A stretch of 28,000 nt of DNA. Origin: a virus. Taxonomy: Duplodnaviria > Caudoviricetes. Every line of letters begins with the position of its first letter. Position 1 is the first letter of the stretch. A program made the position numbers and the translations under genes. Below, one piece after another: positions 1-8,475 of the stretch. The notes under the pieces are model-generated. The model made no database searches. It worked only from the letters and a program-made list of their open reading frames with translations, and had not been told where the DNA came from. The stretch is from IMG/VR virus record IMGVR_UViG_3300012936_005033, positions 1-28,000 of that record; one strand, written 5' to 3'.

Positions 1-1
1 A

Positions 2-205
2 GATGGAAATAGTGTTGTCACTGATGGAGCTTGCACAATCATCGGAGAAGAAACTGGTAGAGTTAGGTATGGATGGGTTGCGGCTGATACAGCAAATGCA
101 GGGATATTTAGAGGAGAGTTTACAGTCACTTTTGCAAGTGGACGAAAAGAAACCTATCCAAATTCCACAACAATCCGTATCAGAATAAAAGATGATGTGA
201 ATTGA
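2..205 (+). CDS. 3' end of a BppU-like baseplate/tail-associated Ig-fold protein (partial)
   Basis: Frame 2 is open from the window edge: ...TGRVRYGWVAADTANAGIFRGEFTVTFASGRKETYPNSTTIRIRIKDDVN*, matching the G-x-V-x-Y-x-W...DT...G...EF-x-V-x-F...TYP pattern of BppU N-terminal-like domains. Its TGA overlaps the next ATG. Not in the ORF track. Confidence 0.65.
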   Translation, partial: DGNSVVTDGACTIIGEETGRVRYGWVAADTANAGIFRGEFTVTFASGRKETYPNSTTIRIRIKDDVN

Positions 206-417
206 TGAAACTATTTGATACATACATGGGTTATGTAATTGCTATTTCTACAGCGATGCTTGCAGGTATTTGGTGGTTGATGAATAATATTCTTACCAAC
301 AAATCTGAAATACGATTATTAAAACATCAAAACGATATAACAAATAAACTTCTTGATGAGTTGCGTAACGATCAAAAAGAAATGAGGCGCGACATCCAGA
401 GTTTGCTGTCTAAGTAG
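205..417 (+). CDS. Small membrane protein (one TM helix plus coiled coil), lysis region
   Basis: Hydrophobic YVIAISTAMLAGIWWLM followed by a heptad-rich tail; ATG at 205 coupled to the upstream stop. Confidence 0.6.
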   Translation: MKLFDTYMGYVIAISTAMLAGIWWLMNNILTNKSEIRLLKHQNDITNKLLDELRNDQKEMRRDIQSLLSK

Positions 418-424
418 GTTTGTA

Positions 425-901
425 ATGGACCCTGTTTCATGTGTAGCTTTAGCAACTGGCGCATTTAAAGCTTTAAAAGGAGCGATTGGCGCAGGTAAAG
501 ACTTGCAAGATATGACTGGTCAACTTTCTCAATGGGGAAAAGCTTTTTCTGATTTTACAAATATTGAAGAAAGAGAAAAAAACCCACCATTTTGGAAAAA
601 AACATTCAAAGGTTCAGACGAAGAAACAGCCATTGAAATATTCGCTAATAAAAAGAAAATGGAACAAATGCGAGCGGAAATTAAAGAACACATCACTTGG
701 CATTATGGGAAAAGTGCATGGGATGAAGTGTTGCAGATAGAAGCAAGTATGAGAAAAAGACGCAAAGACGAACTTTATAGAAAACAAGCACAAATAGATA
801 ATCTTATAAATTTTGCTATTGGTGCTGCAATATTTGCAATCGGGGCAGGGATTTTGACTCTTGGGTTTTATATTTTGGGTCAATGGCAAGGAAGATGGTA
901 A
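425..901 (+). CDS. Hypothetical phage protein with C-terminal TM helix
   Basis: 158 aa, coiled-coil middle, C-terminal hydrophobic helix; tight operon packing. Confidence 0.7.
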   Translation: MDPVSCVALATGAFKALKGAIGAGKDLQDMTGQLSQWGKAFSDFTNIEEREKNPPFWKKTFKGSDEETAIEIFANKKKMEQMRAEIKEHITWHYGKSAWDEVLQIEASMRKRRKDELYRKQAQIDNLINFAIGAAIFAIGAGILTLGFYILGQWQGRW

Positions 902-1063
902 ATGTGGGTTTTACTTTGGTTGCAAGTCATCAGTGGTACGTTCGATCATTATCACGTTGGTAGTCATTCTAGTGAAGAAGCTTGCAAGGCTGCTTTATCA
1001 AAAGCAAAGGTGCTTGTTACAAATCAAAATTCAAAGGTTGTTTGTATTAAAATAGAACGGTGA
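902..1063 (+). CDS. Small hypothetical exported/membrane protein (53 aa)
   Basis: MWVLLWLQVISGTFDHYHVGSHSSEEACKAALSKAKVLVTNQNSKVVCIKIER*; starts right after the stop at 901; two Cys. Below ORF-track cutoff. Confidence 0.6.
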   Translation: MWVLLWLQVISGTFDHYHVGSHSSEEACKAALSKAKVLVTNQNSKVVCIKIER

Positions 1064-1173
1064 TACTAAAAGAATGGCGCGGAAAATTTATAATATATGA
1101 CAATAATGGTAAAATAGTTATAATTACGCGAGATAAGAAAGTAGCAATAGCTTTTGCGAGGTCTAAAAAATGA
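1060..1173 (+). CDS. Small hypothetical protein (37 aa)
   Basis: GTG start overlaps the upstream TGA (GTGA) and its stop overlaps the next ATG (ATGA): MILKEWRGKFIIYDNNGKIVIITRDKKVAIAFARSKK*. Confidence 0.55.
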   Translation: MILKEWRGKFIIYDNNGKIVIITRDKKVAIAFARSKK

Positions 1174-1523
1174 CAGAGTTTGATAAAGCAGATACAAACG
1201 GTGACGGTGTAATCCAACGCAAAGAATGGAATGCGCTTGCCTTAGAAGATCGTAGATTAGAAATGATTGACAGAGATTTAAAGCGAAATGCAGAAAGACG
1301 ATTCACTGGTTTCGCATTGGCAGGGATGTTGATTTATCCATTTATAATTTTATTAGCATCGGTTTTAGGTTTTGATAAAGCTGCAAGTCTTATAACTGAT
1401 ATTGCATCAGTTTATGTCATTGCTGCATCTGGTGTCGTTGCTGCATTTATGGGTTTTAATGCTTATAGTGCAAAAACAGAAAGCAAAAAATCTAGCATTA
1501 CAATGGAGGAAAGAAATGATTGA
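1170..1523 (+). CDS. EF-hand-containing two-TM membrane protein (holin-like)
   Basis: N-terminal FDKADTNGDGVIQRKEW canonical EF-hand loop; two hydrophobic helices; GAGG RBS. Confidence 0.7.
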   Translation: MTEFDKADTNGDGVIQRKEWNALALEDRRLEMIDRDLKRNAERRFTGFALAGMLIYPFIILLASVLGFDKAASLITDIASVYVIAASGVVAAFMGFNAYSAKTESKKSSITMEERND

Positions 1524-1902
1524 TCTACTCGGCAAGCTTGTCGATCCAGTTAGCAATATACTTGATAAGGTTATTGAGGACAAAGATCAAAAAGCAAAAT
1601 TAGCACATGAAATCGCGACAATGGCAGAAAAAAACCATCAAGCGATTGTTATGCAGCAATTAAAAATTCTTCAAGCCGATGCACAAGGCAACTGGTTTCA
1701 GTCGTCTTGGAGACCGCTTATCGGATGGATTGCAGGTATATCGCTTGGTATAAATTACATGGTCGCACCAATTGCTTTAGGGTTTGGTTTTGAAGTTCCG
1801 CAAGCAGATATGTCTGTCATGATGCCCTTGCTTTTAGGTATGCTTGGTATTGGTGGAATGAGGTCATTTGATAAACTAAAAAAGACGGACAGTAAAAAAT
1901 GA
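1516..1902 (+). CDS. Holin, GTA_holin_3TM-like
   Basis: SWRPLIGW and LLGMLGIGGMRSFDKLK motifs; GGAGG RBS before ATG 1516. Confidence 0.85.
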   Translation: MIDLLGKLVDPVSNILDKVIEDKDQKAKLAHEIATMAEKNHQAIVMQQLKILQADAQGNWFQSSWRPLIGWIAGISLGINYMVAPIALGFGFEVPQADMSVMMPLLLGMLGIGGMRSFDKLKKTDSKK

Positions 1903-2168
1903 GTGATTTAAAAATACCAGTAGCATTAGTCTTTGCAATGGCGATCCAACTCGTAGGTTTGGTTTGGTATATAAGCAATATCGTTCATGATATTGAGCAT
2001 TTAAAAGGACAGGTTTCAGCACAGCAAGACATACTAGAACTTCTCAATGCTGATGTTAATGATCTTTGGGCGTTCTGTACCTTTACTGAAAATAAATGGG
2101 CTGAAAGTTACACTTCTGATATGGTGTATGAGCGTGTTTGTGGGTCTAAGGAGTTTGTAAATGAGTGA
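1899..2168 (+). CDS. Membrane-anchored coiled-coil protein, lysis region
   Basis: N-terminal TM (LVFAMAIQLVGLVWYI), coiled coil, two Cys; ATGA coupling. Confidence 0.65.
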   Translation: MSDLKIPVALVFAMAIQLVGLVWYISNIVHDIEHLKGQVSAQQDILELLNADVNDLWAFCTFTENKWAESYTSDMVYERVCGSKEFVNE

Positions 2169-2769
2169 AGCATTAAAGACATTACAGGAAAAAATAGGGG
2201 CTACTCCTGACGGAGCTTTTGGTCCTAATACTGCTAAAAAGATTTGTCATCACTACGTCTTAAACGCAGAAAGAGGCGCTCATTTTCTTGGGCAACTTGT
2301 GCATGAAAGCGGTACATTTCGATATACAGAAGAAAATTTAAATTATTCTACTGAAGCAATTCTTAAGGTATTTGGTAAATATTTCAAAACCGAAACTGAA
2401 GCTGAAAGTTGCGCTCGTAACCCACAGGCATTAGCAGATCGAGTTTACGGACATCGTTACGGAAATAACGGACAGGGATATTTATGGCGTGGTCGTGGAT
2501 TTTTACAATGCACGTTTAAAGAAAATTATGCCATGTTTGCAGATGATATGAATATTCCTGAGGTAATGAAAGACCCAGATCTTGTAGCTACAAAATACCC
2601 AATGGAAAGTGCTATTTGGTTTTTTAAAAGAAATGACCTTTGGACGATTTGTGATGAAGGCGTCAAAGATGATACAATCAAGCGCCTAACCAAACGTATA
2701 AATGGTGGTTACAATGGATTAAAACACAGAAAAGAAGAAACCTACAAAATTTATGAATGGTTAAAATGA
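2161..2769 (+). CDS. Endolysin, glycoside hydrolase family 19, with short peptidoglycan-binding N-terminus
   Basis: LQEKIGATPDGAFGPNT; HFLGQLVHESG; EENLNYS; WRGRGFLQ; TKRINGGYNGL. Confidence 0.9.
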   Translation: MSEALKTLQEKIGATPDGAFGPNTAKKICHHYVLNAERGAHFLGQLVHESGTFRYTEENLNYSTEAILKVFGKYFKTETEAESCARNPQALADRVYGHRYGNNGQGYLWRGRGFLQCTFKENYAMFADDMNIPEVMKDPDLVATKYPMESAIWFFKRNDLWTICDEGVKDDTIKRLTKRINGGYNGLKHRKEETYKIYEWLK

Positions 2770-3041
2770 AGACCTCAATTGCATATTCTGGCAAACTATC
2801 ACAAAGACAATTGGTACGATTGGGTGGTTTAATTGCATTTATTTGTGGTCGTCGTCCATATGATACAATTTTAAATGATCTTACAGAAAATGGTTTTGTT
2901 TCTGATTTTGATAACAACCTAGAGCTTACAGACCTAGGAAGGCGTGAATTAACTAGGTTGGTATCAATGGCAGGATTAAAGCCAGAACAATTTACTGATA
3001 AGGCTTATCAGGACGAACCTTTGGTTTCACCAGTTCATTAG
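2766..3041 (+). CDS. Hypothetical protein (possible winged helix)
   Basis: Coupled to the endolysin stop; L-x-ENGFV...LELTDLGRRE resembles a wHTH wing. Confidence 0.55.
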   Translation: MKTSIAYSGKLSQRQLVRLGGLIAFICGRRPYDTILNDLTENGFVSDFDNNLELTDLGRRELTRLVSMAGLKPEQFTDKAYQDEPLVSPVH

Positions 3042-3237
3042 AAGCAACATCCGATCCTTTACAATAAACGTGAACATTTTTGTGTGATGCAAACGGTACA
3101 AAGGTATCTCTTATTCGAGCTTTGTTATGTGAGCACGTATCGTAACTTGGGAAAACCAAATGGTATTTTGTTTCTTCGCCTTCAATAAAAAAACTTAATA
3201 CCATGATTGTATAATATTTAAGCATTTTGTTATCCAT
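2992..3237 (-). CDS. Hypothetical protein (possible exported, two Cys)
   Basis: 81-aa ORF with hydrophobic N-terminus; convergent overlap with 2766..3041; start uncertain. Confidence 0.5.
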   Translation of the reverse strand: MDNKMLKYYTIMVLSFFIEGEETKYHLVFPSYDTCSHNKARIRDTFVPFASHKNVHVYCKGSDVASNELVKPKVRPDKPYQ

Positions 3238-3274
3238 TCGCTTTTTTCAAGCTTTGTCAATTTGCTTGAAAGTT

Positions 3275-3301
3275 GAAAAATAAGGGGGCGTTTGCCCCCC
3301 C
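3275..3301 (-). terminator. Rho-independent terminator after the DUF932-like gene
   Basis: GGGGGC-AAAC-GCCCCC hairpin followed by TTATTTTT on the minus strand. Confidence 0.75.
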
Positions 3302-3304
3302 TAG

Positions 3305-4144
3305 TTAAATTTCTGCCCAAGCTTTAGTATTGATTGCTTTTGCAATTTTTTGTTCTCTGTCTCTGGTTACACTGACAGGTGATTTATGTTCTGTTGTATG
3401 TGTAGCCCAATGTGTCATACAATTATATAATGCCCATTTATTCGAACCAAGGTCTTTTGTTTCTGTTTTCAATTGTCCCATCAACTTTTCAAGCTGTTTT
3501 GAATTGTACTTCTCTTCGCTTGATTTTGTGTGGTGATTGATAAGATATTTTTTGAAAAAGTTTTCTGCCTTTTTTGCAGTTATCTTTTGTTTCATCCAGC
3601 CCTGCCAAAGTTCTTTTTGTCCGTGGAATATTTCGAGACCGTTAGAGATTTTTTCTGCTGCACCTTCTACACTTACTTGTGATGTATGACGCATCCAAAC
3701 TTTTGAAATAGAGTCTGGTGTTGTACAGCCGTTAAGGCACCATAATCTCATTGCATCTGCAACTGTTTGATATGCATATGTACCATCGTAAGAATTCCAG
3801 ACACGAATACGATATTTGCAATAATCACCAACAGCAGGTTCTGCAACCAAATCGTTGAATAAAACTTCTATTTGTAATTTTCTGCCATCATCTAGTGATT
3901 TAACATCAAACCCAAAATCTTGTGAGATGTTTGTTTGTTTAATGCTGTCATATGTAGCATTTACAACATCATCATGTGATAGCATTTTATAACTGTTACG
4001 ATGAACATGAAGTGGTGTTCCAGTATCTTCTCGAACAAGTACCTTCCAACCTTCAATCGGTGTATCAGAACCTTGTGCTGTGAGTGGAACTTCATTTACC
4101 TTAAAATTCCAGTCTGTTTCGTTTATGTTAGTAAAATCAAGCAT
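3305..4144 (-). CDS. DUF932/DUF945-family phage/plasmid protein
   Basis: VREDTGTPL...Y, NSYDG, RLWCLNG, RHT, NKWALYNCMTHWATH motifs. Confidence 0.8.
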   Translation of the reverse strand: MLDFTNINETDWNFKVNEVPLTAQGSDTPIEGWKVLVREDTGTPLHVHRNSYKMLSHDDVVNATYDSIKQTNISQDFGFDVKSLDDGRKLQIEVLFNDLVAEPAVGDYCKYRIRVWNSYDGTYAYQTVADAMRLWCLNGCTTPDSISKVWMRHTSQVSVEGAAEKISNGLEIFHGQKELWQGWMKQKITAKKAENFFKKYLINHHTKSSEEKYNSKQLEKLMGQLKTETKDLGSNKWALYNCMTHWATHTTEHKSPVSVTRDREQKIAKAINTKAWAEI

Positions 4145-4148
4145 TTAT

Positions 4149-4219
4149 GAACCTCCGTTTATGTTGATTTGTAAGTAGAAACTATCACAAACTTAGCTGC
4201 TGTCAATAATTAATTTACA
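4149..4219 (-). promoter_or_regulatory. Conserved promoter/RBS cassette, copy 1 (degenerate)
   Basis: Minus strand TGTAAATTAATTA-TTGACA-N16-TAGTTT ... GGAGGTTC-ATAA-ATG. Confidence 0.75.
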
Positions 4220-4227
4220 AAAATATA

Positions 4228-4313
4228 TGTAAATATTGTATTGACATATAATAATATATGTGATAGTATTAAATTGTCTAAAATGATTTAGACAAAACTA
4301 TCAAACGAGGTTC
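4228..4313 (+). promoter_or_regulatory. Conserved promoter/RBS cassette, copy 2
   Basis: TGTAAATATTGTATTGACA(4228-4246)-N17-TAGTAT(4264-4269) ... GAGGTTC(4307-4313). Confidence 0.85.
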
Positions 4314-4315
4314 TA

Positions 4316-4561
4316 ATGAAAAACAAACCATATTTTACTCTAGATGATTTTACAGATGATCAGCTAGATAAATTAAAAACTAGAAATCCAAAATTAAATG
4401 AAATTATCAAGGAGGCAAATAAAAAGCCAAAACAATATAATTTTTCCAAAGAAGAAGTTCGTAAACACGCAATCAAGGTTTTGAATACAATTGCTCAACT
4501 TTCTTACTCTGAAAGAATGAGGGTTTTAGATCATGCGAGGAAAATGAACGATGTTAACTAA
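4316..4561 (+). CDS. Hypothetical protein
   Basis: 81 aa, first gene behind cassette copy 2. Confidence 0.7.
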   Translation: MKNKPYFTLDDFTDDQLDKLKTRNPKLNEIIKEANKKPKQYNFSKEEVRKHAIKVLNTIAQLSYSERMRVLDHARKMNDVN

Positions 4562-5081
4562 AGAGGTAAATCCAAAAGGTGGCAAGCTTAGGCTTGTCAC
4601 TGCCATGCCAACCGAAGAAAGGTTAGAGCAGCAAGCCCAAGAATTGAAGAATGATTTGCCTGAGGCATATGCAAATCGAACTTTACAAGAAATGAAAATT
4701 AATTTGCTGAAAGAATACCTTCAAGAGACTTGGAAAAATGATATTTACATTATCATGGTCTATCGCAGAGAGGCGGCAGACGATATGGTACATAATCCAG
4801 AATTTAAAGGTAAATGTACTTGGTTATCTATTCGACGCAAAGATAGAAGACCTGTGAATAATTGGCAAGATATGCAAACAATTAAGAACAGGCTTTGTGG
4901 CACAGAATGTGATGCAATACAAATTTTTCCAAAAGAAAGTAAAATGGTCAATACGGCTAATCAGTATCATTTAATTGTGATGCCAGAAGAAGCAAACATA
5001 CCTTTCGGTTGGCAAACAAGATTTGTTAAAAAAGAAAATTACACAGGTACTGGAGTACAAAATTTCAAAGGAGACGAATAA
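4551..5081 (+). CDS. Conserved phage hypothetical protein
   Basis: WLSIRRKD...WQDMQTIKN-x-L-x-G-x-E...QIFPKESKMVNTANQYHL, a pattern recurrent in small phage proteins. Confidence 0.75.
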   Translation: MLTKEVNPKGGKLRLVTAMPTEERLEQQAQELKNDLPEAYANRTLQEMKINLLKEYLQETWKNDIYIIMVYRREAADDMVHNPEFKGKCTWLSIRRKDRRPVNNWQDMQTIKNRLCGTECDAIQIFPKESKMVNTANQYHLIVMPEEANIPFGWQTRFVKKENYTGTGVQNFKGDE

Positions 5082-5082
5082 A

Positions 5083-5403
5083 ATGAATAATAATAAAATG
5101 ATTTATAACAGTGGTTATTTTCGAGACACAGGTATCGGTTATCAAAAGACAGATACAAGCAAGAGGGCTGCGCAAAGCAGCCCTAACCATAAATTAACAA
5201 TACGAGATCGTGTTTTTGAATTGTTACAAAAAGCTGGTGTTGCATTAACAACAGAAGAAATAGCAGATTTTCTAAATTGCCCATACGCAAGTGTTCAACC
5301 TCGACTCAGTGAATTGCAGAACAGCGGTAAGGTTATTGACAGTGGTTACAGAGGTAAAACCAAATGGGGAAAATCTTGTATCAAATGGAAGGTCAAAGAT
5401 TAA
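5083..5403 (+). CDS. Winged helix-turn-helix DNA-binding protein
   Basis: LTTEEIADFLNCPYASVQPRLSELQNSGKVIDSGYR; GGAG RBS. Confidence 0.8.
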   Translation: MNNNKMIYNSGYFRDTGIGYQKTDTSKRAAQSSPNHKLTIRDRVFELLQKAGVALTTEEIADFLNCPYASVQPRLSELQNSGKVIDSGYRGKTKWGKSCIKWKVKD

Positions 5404-5413
5404 TTGAAATAAA

Positions 5414-5477
5414 TGTAAATATTGTATTGACAACTATGTGCAAATATATTAGTCTGTATATATAGAAAGAGAGGTTC
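5414..5477 (+). promoter_or_regulatory. Conserved promoter/RBS cassette, copy 3
   Basis: TGTAAATATTGTATTGACA(5414-5432)-N17-TAGTCT(5450-5455) ... GAGGTTC(5471-5477). Confidence 0.85.
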
Positions 5478-5480
5478 ACA

Positions 5481-5702
5481 ATGGAAATTAAAATTCACAG
5501 CAATCAAATCTGGCTTTCCGATCCGTCAAAAGCACATGGATACGATGTTGAGGTTGGCACAGATCAATCAAATGGTGACACAGTTTTTGTTGGTGTAGAC
5601 GCAACAAATAGAACACAAGCCGCTTCTTTGGCTAAAAGGTTTGCTTTCAAATGGATTTGTGGAACAGGACATTACGTAGCATCAGTAAACATGACATCAT
5701 AA
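5481..5702 (+). CDS. Hypothetical protein
   Basis: 73 aa behind cassette copy 3. Confidence 0.7.
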   Translation: MEIKIHSNQIWLSDPSKAHGYDVEVGTDQSNGDTVFVGVDATNRTQAASLAKRFAFKWICGTGHYVASVNMTS

Positions 5703-5706
5703 CAAC

Positions 5707-5724
5707 AGGGGGCAACAGCCCCCT
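5707..5724 (+). terminator. GC-rich hairpin (weak terminator or processing/stability site)
   Basis: AGGGGGC-AACA-GCCCCCT; no immediate U-tract. Confidence 0.5.
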
Positions 5725-5744
5725 CCTAATTTTAAGAGGTTCAC

Positions 5745-5978
5745 ATGGCATATATTCATCATAATCAATTTATGAATGTAGAAGTAAAAGGTAAAACATT
5801 TGATATTGTTGTAGAAGGTACCTTTGATACGATTACATCTGAAACAAATATAACAGATGTATATTTAAACGACAGTCGGGGAGACGAGAAGGGAGGTTTT
5901 AAAATACCAGACAGAATAATGAAATTTCTTAATCTACGTTACAATGATTTTGAGGATTTTAAAGACAGTATTAACTAG
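5745..5978 (+). CDS. Hypothetical protein
   Basis: 77 aa; GAGGTTC RBS at 5736-5742. Confidence 0.7.
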   Translation: MAYIHHNQFMNVEVKGKTFDIVVEGTFDTITSETNITDVYLNDSRGDEKGGFKIPDRIMKFLNLRYNDFEDFKDSIN

Positions 5979-5994
5979 CGGGGAAAAATAATAA

Positions 5995-6204
5995 ATGAAA
6001 TGGAATGACCTGATACGAAAACAAAAAGAAGAACGAAAGGCACTGATCTTTGACCAAATAGAAAAAGGTCACAGTCAGTCAGAGGCTGCTCGTATTCTCG
6101 GCATGCACCGTCAACAGATTTATCAATTTTGTAAAATACACAATATTAATTTTATTGGCGAACAGCAAAAATTTCGGAAAGGTAAAAAAAAGAAAAGGGC
6201 ATAA
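5995..6204 (+). CDS. Small helix-turn-helix protein
   Basis: GHSQSEAARILGMHRQQIYQFCKIHNI; basic tail. Confidence 0.75.
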   Translation: MKWNDLIRKQKEERKALIFDQIEKGHSQSEAARILGMHRQQIYQFCKIHNINFIGEQQKFRKGKKKKRA

Positions 6205-6207
6205 GTA

Positions 6208-7581
6208 ATGGTTTTCAAAAGGAAAAAAACTAATAAAATCGAAATTAAAAATGATTTCAGTGGAATTAAGATTGGTAATCGACAAGATATAGTACAACAA
6301 GTTAAATCACAATTTTCAAAAGACGAACAATCAATATTTGATGATTATTTTTATCGCGATAAAGATAATGAAAAATGGGACAAACCATTTGGTTGGGGAC
6401 AAACAGCAGGACTAGCGCACGATGGTACAGATAATTTGGTCGTAAGACCAGAACAAGAAAGTTATCTTTACAATACTTTCCTTGCAGCACTGGCAAATCC
6501 AAAGAAGGCTTTTTTTATTGATTTTGCATTTGCACAACCTGACGAAAAGAAACGCCTTGATTATGATTTTAAACTCATGCGCAAAAAGATCATAGAAAGT
6601 GAGCGTATTACCTTATCGGATGATTTTGTAAGAAACGCTGTAGCACTTTCGTTCTCGTATCCAAAATATATTTTACAACTTCTACCAAAAGCAATTCCCT
6701 GTTTTGATAATCTTTGGGTAGAGTGGAATGAATTGGTAAAATTTGATGAGGTACAAAAACAAAACGAAACACTGGGAATACCTACTGAATACGATAGACG
6801 ACCATATGTAGCAAATAAAACAGCTTATCATATAGAGAATAGAGGTTCTAATATTTTTCAATATACAGTTTGTTTGAGCGAACAATTTTACACAGATCAA
6901 ACAATGACAAAAAAATCTGCACAAGATGCAATGATGAGTTCTTGGTCTTGGTTTTTTTCAAATGAAGACTCTTTGGCATCTCTTGGATGTCAACATAAGG
7001 GAAAACCATACACAGAAAGTCCTGATTTATTTAACAGGTTGCTTGGAAAAAAATATTGTGATCATTTTGCGGAAGACTTTCCTAAAACAGCAATGAAAAA
7101 CTTTGGTCAACAAATTGCGTTTGGTGAAACCGATATTACTGCAACAAAATTAAATTATCATACAGACCTCGAAAAAGAAGATAAAATTAAACAACAGCTT
7201 ACACACACAGCAATGGCATGTGATAGTGATTTAAGATTTCTGGCTGCTGTTTTTTCTCTTTTAAATTATCCAAGGTTTGTTCGAGAGGTTAATGCGCCAC
7301 AAAAAATATATCCACAAATAAAATGGGGTCAGCGTGTTCCCAGAAATGAATTAAAGGTTATTGAAATTGAATTACCAAAACATGGCGTAAATATCTATCA
7401 ACAGCTTTTTACTGGTCATGGTACACCTAAACGACAGCATACAAGAAGAGGTCACTGGCGCGTTCTAAAAGATGTTCATGGGCGTATTAAAAAGCGTACA
7501 TGGGTCAAACAGTGTACAGTTGGAAATGCAGAACTGGGAATAATCGAACATGAATATGTCCTTACGTCAAAAAGTAGATAA
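6208..7581 (+). CDS. Large hypothetical protein (457 aa) with C-terminal H-x-RRGHWR motif
   Basis: Long ORF; GTPKRQHTRRGHWR...WVK...VGN...G-x-IEHEY C-terminus. Confidence 0.8.
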   Translation: MVFKRKKTNKIEIKNDFSGIKIGNRQDIVQQVKSQFSKDEQSIFDDYFYRDKDNEKWDKPFGWGQTAGLAHDGTDNLVVRPEQESYLYNTFLAALANPKKAFFIDFAFAQPDEKKRLDYDFKLMRKKIIESERITLSDDFVRNAVALSFSYPKYILQLLPKAIPCFDNLWVEWNELVKFDEVQKQNETLGIPTEYDRRPYVANKTAYHIENRGSNIFQYTVCLSEQFYTDQTMTKKSAQDAMMSSWSWFFSNEDSLASLGCQHKGKPYTESPDLFNRLLGKKYCDHFAEDFPKTAMKNFGQQIAFGETDITATKLNYHTDLEKEDKIKQQLTHTAMACDSDLRFLAAVFSLLNYPRFVREVNAPQKIYPQIKWGQRVPRNELKVIEIELPKHGVNIYQQLFTGHGTPKRQHTRRGHWRVLKDVHGRIKKRTWVKQCTVGNAELGIIEHEYVLTSKSR

Positions 7582-7942
7582 GGCAAAATCTGAACTCAAA
7601 CTTGCTCAAAGACAAATGAGAATTGAAACAATAAAATGTTATGCAGATGCAGGTTTTTCGGCACCAGCTATAGCAGAGATTTTGCAGATCAACGTAATTA
7701 CACTGAGAACTTTTGCTTATAATCACAACATATTTTTTAAACATAGGAAGCCAATGTCAAAAGAAAAATTATCCGAAGCACTGATACAAGAAAGAAAATA
7801 TCTCACGCAACAGGTTTTATATTGGGAAAGAGAGCGATGGCGTGCTGATTCAGACAGAAACGCAACCAATAATTACTACCTTGCAAAAAAAGACTTAACA
7901 GAATTTTACGCTAAGTGCAGATCAGCAGGTATCAAAATATAA
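7550..7942 (+). CDS. HTH-containing hypothetical protein
   Basis: GFSAPAIAEILQINVITLRTFA HTH-like segment; possible internal start at MSKEKL. Confidence 0.6.
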   Translation: MNMSLRQKVDKAKSELKLAQRQMRIETIKCYADAGFSAPAIAEILQINVITLRTFAYNHNIFFKHRKPMSKEKLSEALIQERKYLTQQVLYWERERWRADSDRNATNNYYLAKKDLTEFYAKCRSAGIKI

Positions 7943-7950
7943 ATAATCGT

Positions 7951-8015
7951 GTGGCGGTGAAGAGGTAACAGATGAACTGTTGTGGTTTTACATAAGAAGA
8001 AAATTTCACCGCCAC
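7951..8015. repeat. 11-bp GC-rich inverted repeat with 43-nt spacer
   Basis: GTGGCGGTGAA (7951-7961) / TTCACCGCCAC (8005-8015), intergenic. Confidence 0.8.
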
Positions 8016-8049
8016 CCTCAAGTTTTATAAAAAGGAATAGAAAAATTCA

Positions 8050-8475
8050 ATGAAAAAAGTAGCAATTGATTTCGCTGTAACGCAACTTGAAACAATACAG
8101 GTTGGAATGCAAAATTATTACAATTTAATGAAACTGAACCATAAAAATAAAGACACAAAAATAGCATCAATTAAAAAAATAATAGATAAAATTGAAAAAA
8201 TACTATCCGATAATGGTGTTCCGCAACAATCGTATACCGTTTTTAGAGGCGAGGGTATTTCAAGTGAGTTTTTTGAAAATCTTAGGTTTGATATAGAAGG
8301 TCTGTTTAATTGTAAAAAAATTGATTTACAACACCATCCACTGTTTTCGGAAAAAAATGGACATGGCGCTAATATTATTGTTGTATTCGATAACAGAACA
8401 GAAAATATGTGGGTTGTGGGAGTCGACGATAAAAAGCAATTAGATTTCAAAGATAAAAAATGTTACATACAGTAA
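8050..8475 (+). CDS. Hypothetical protein
   Basis: 141-aa ORF with AAGGA upstream. Confidence 0.65.
   Translation: MKKVAIDFAVTQLETIQVGMQNYYNLMKLNHKNKDTKIASIKKIIDKIEKILSDNGVPQQSYTVFRGEGISSEFFENLRFDIEGLFNCKKIDLQHHPLFSEKNGHGANIIVVFDNRTENMWVVGVDDKKQLDFKDKKCYIQ

Noticed and set aside
3-188. ORF-track 61-aa protein in frame 3
   Set aside because: Frame 2 (2..205) gives a recognisable BppU-like sequence and couples to the next ATG
861-1055. 64-aa ORF
   Set aside because: The alternative frame 902..1063 fits the operon packing with a proper ATG
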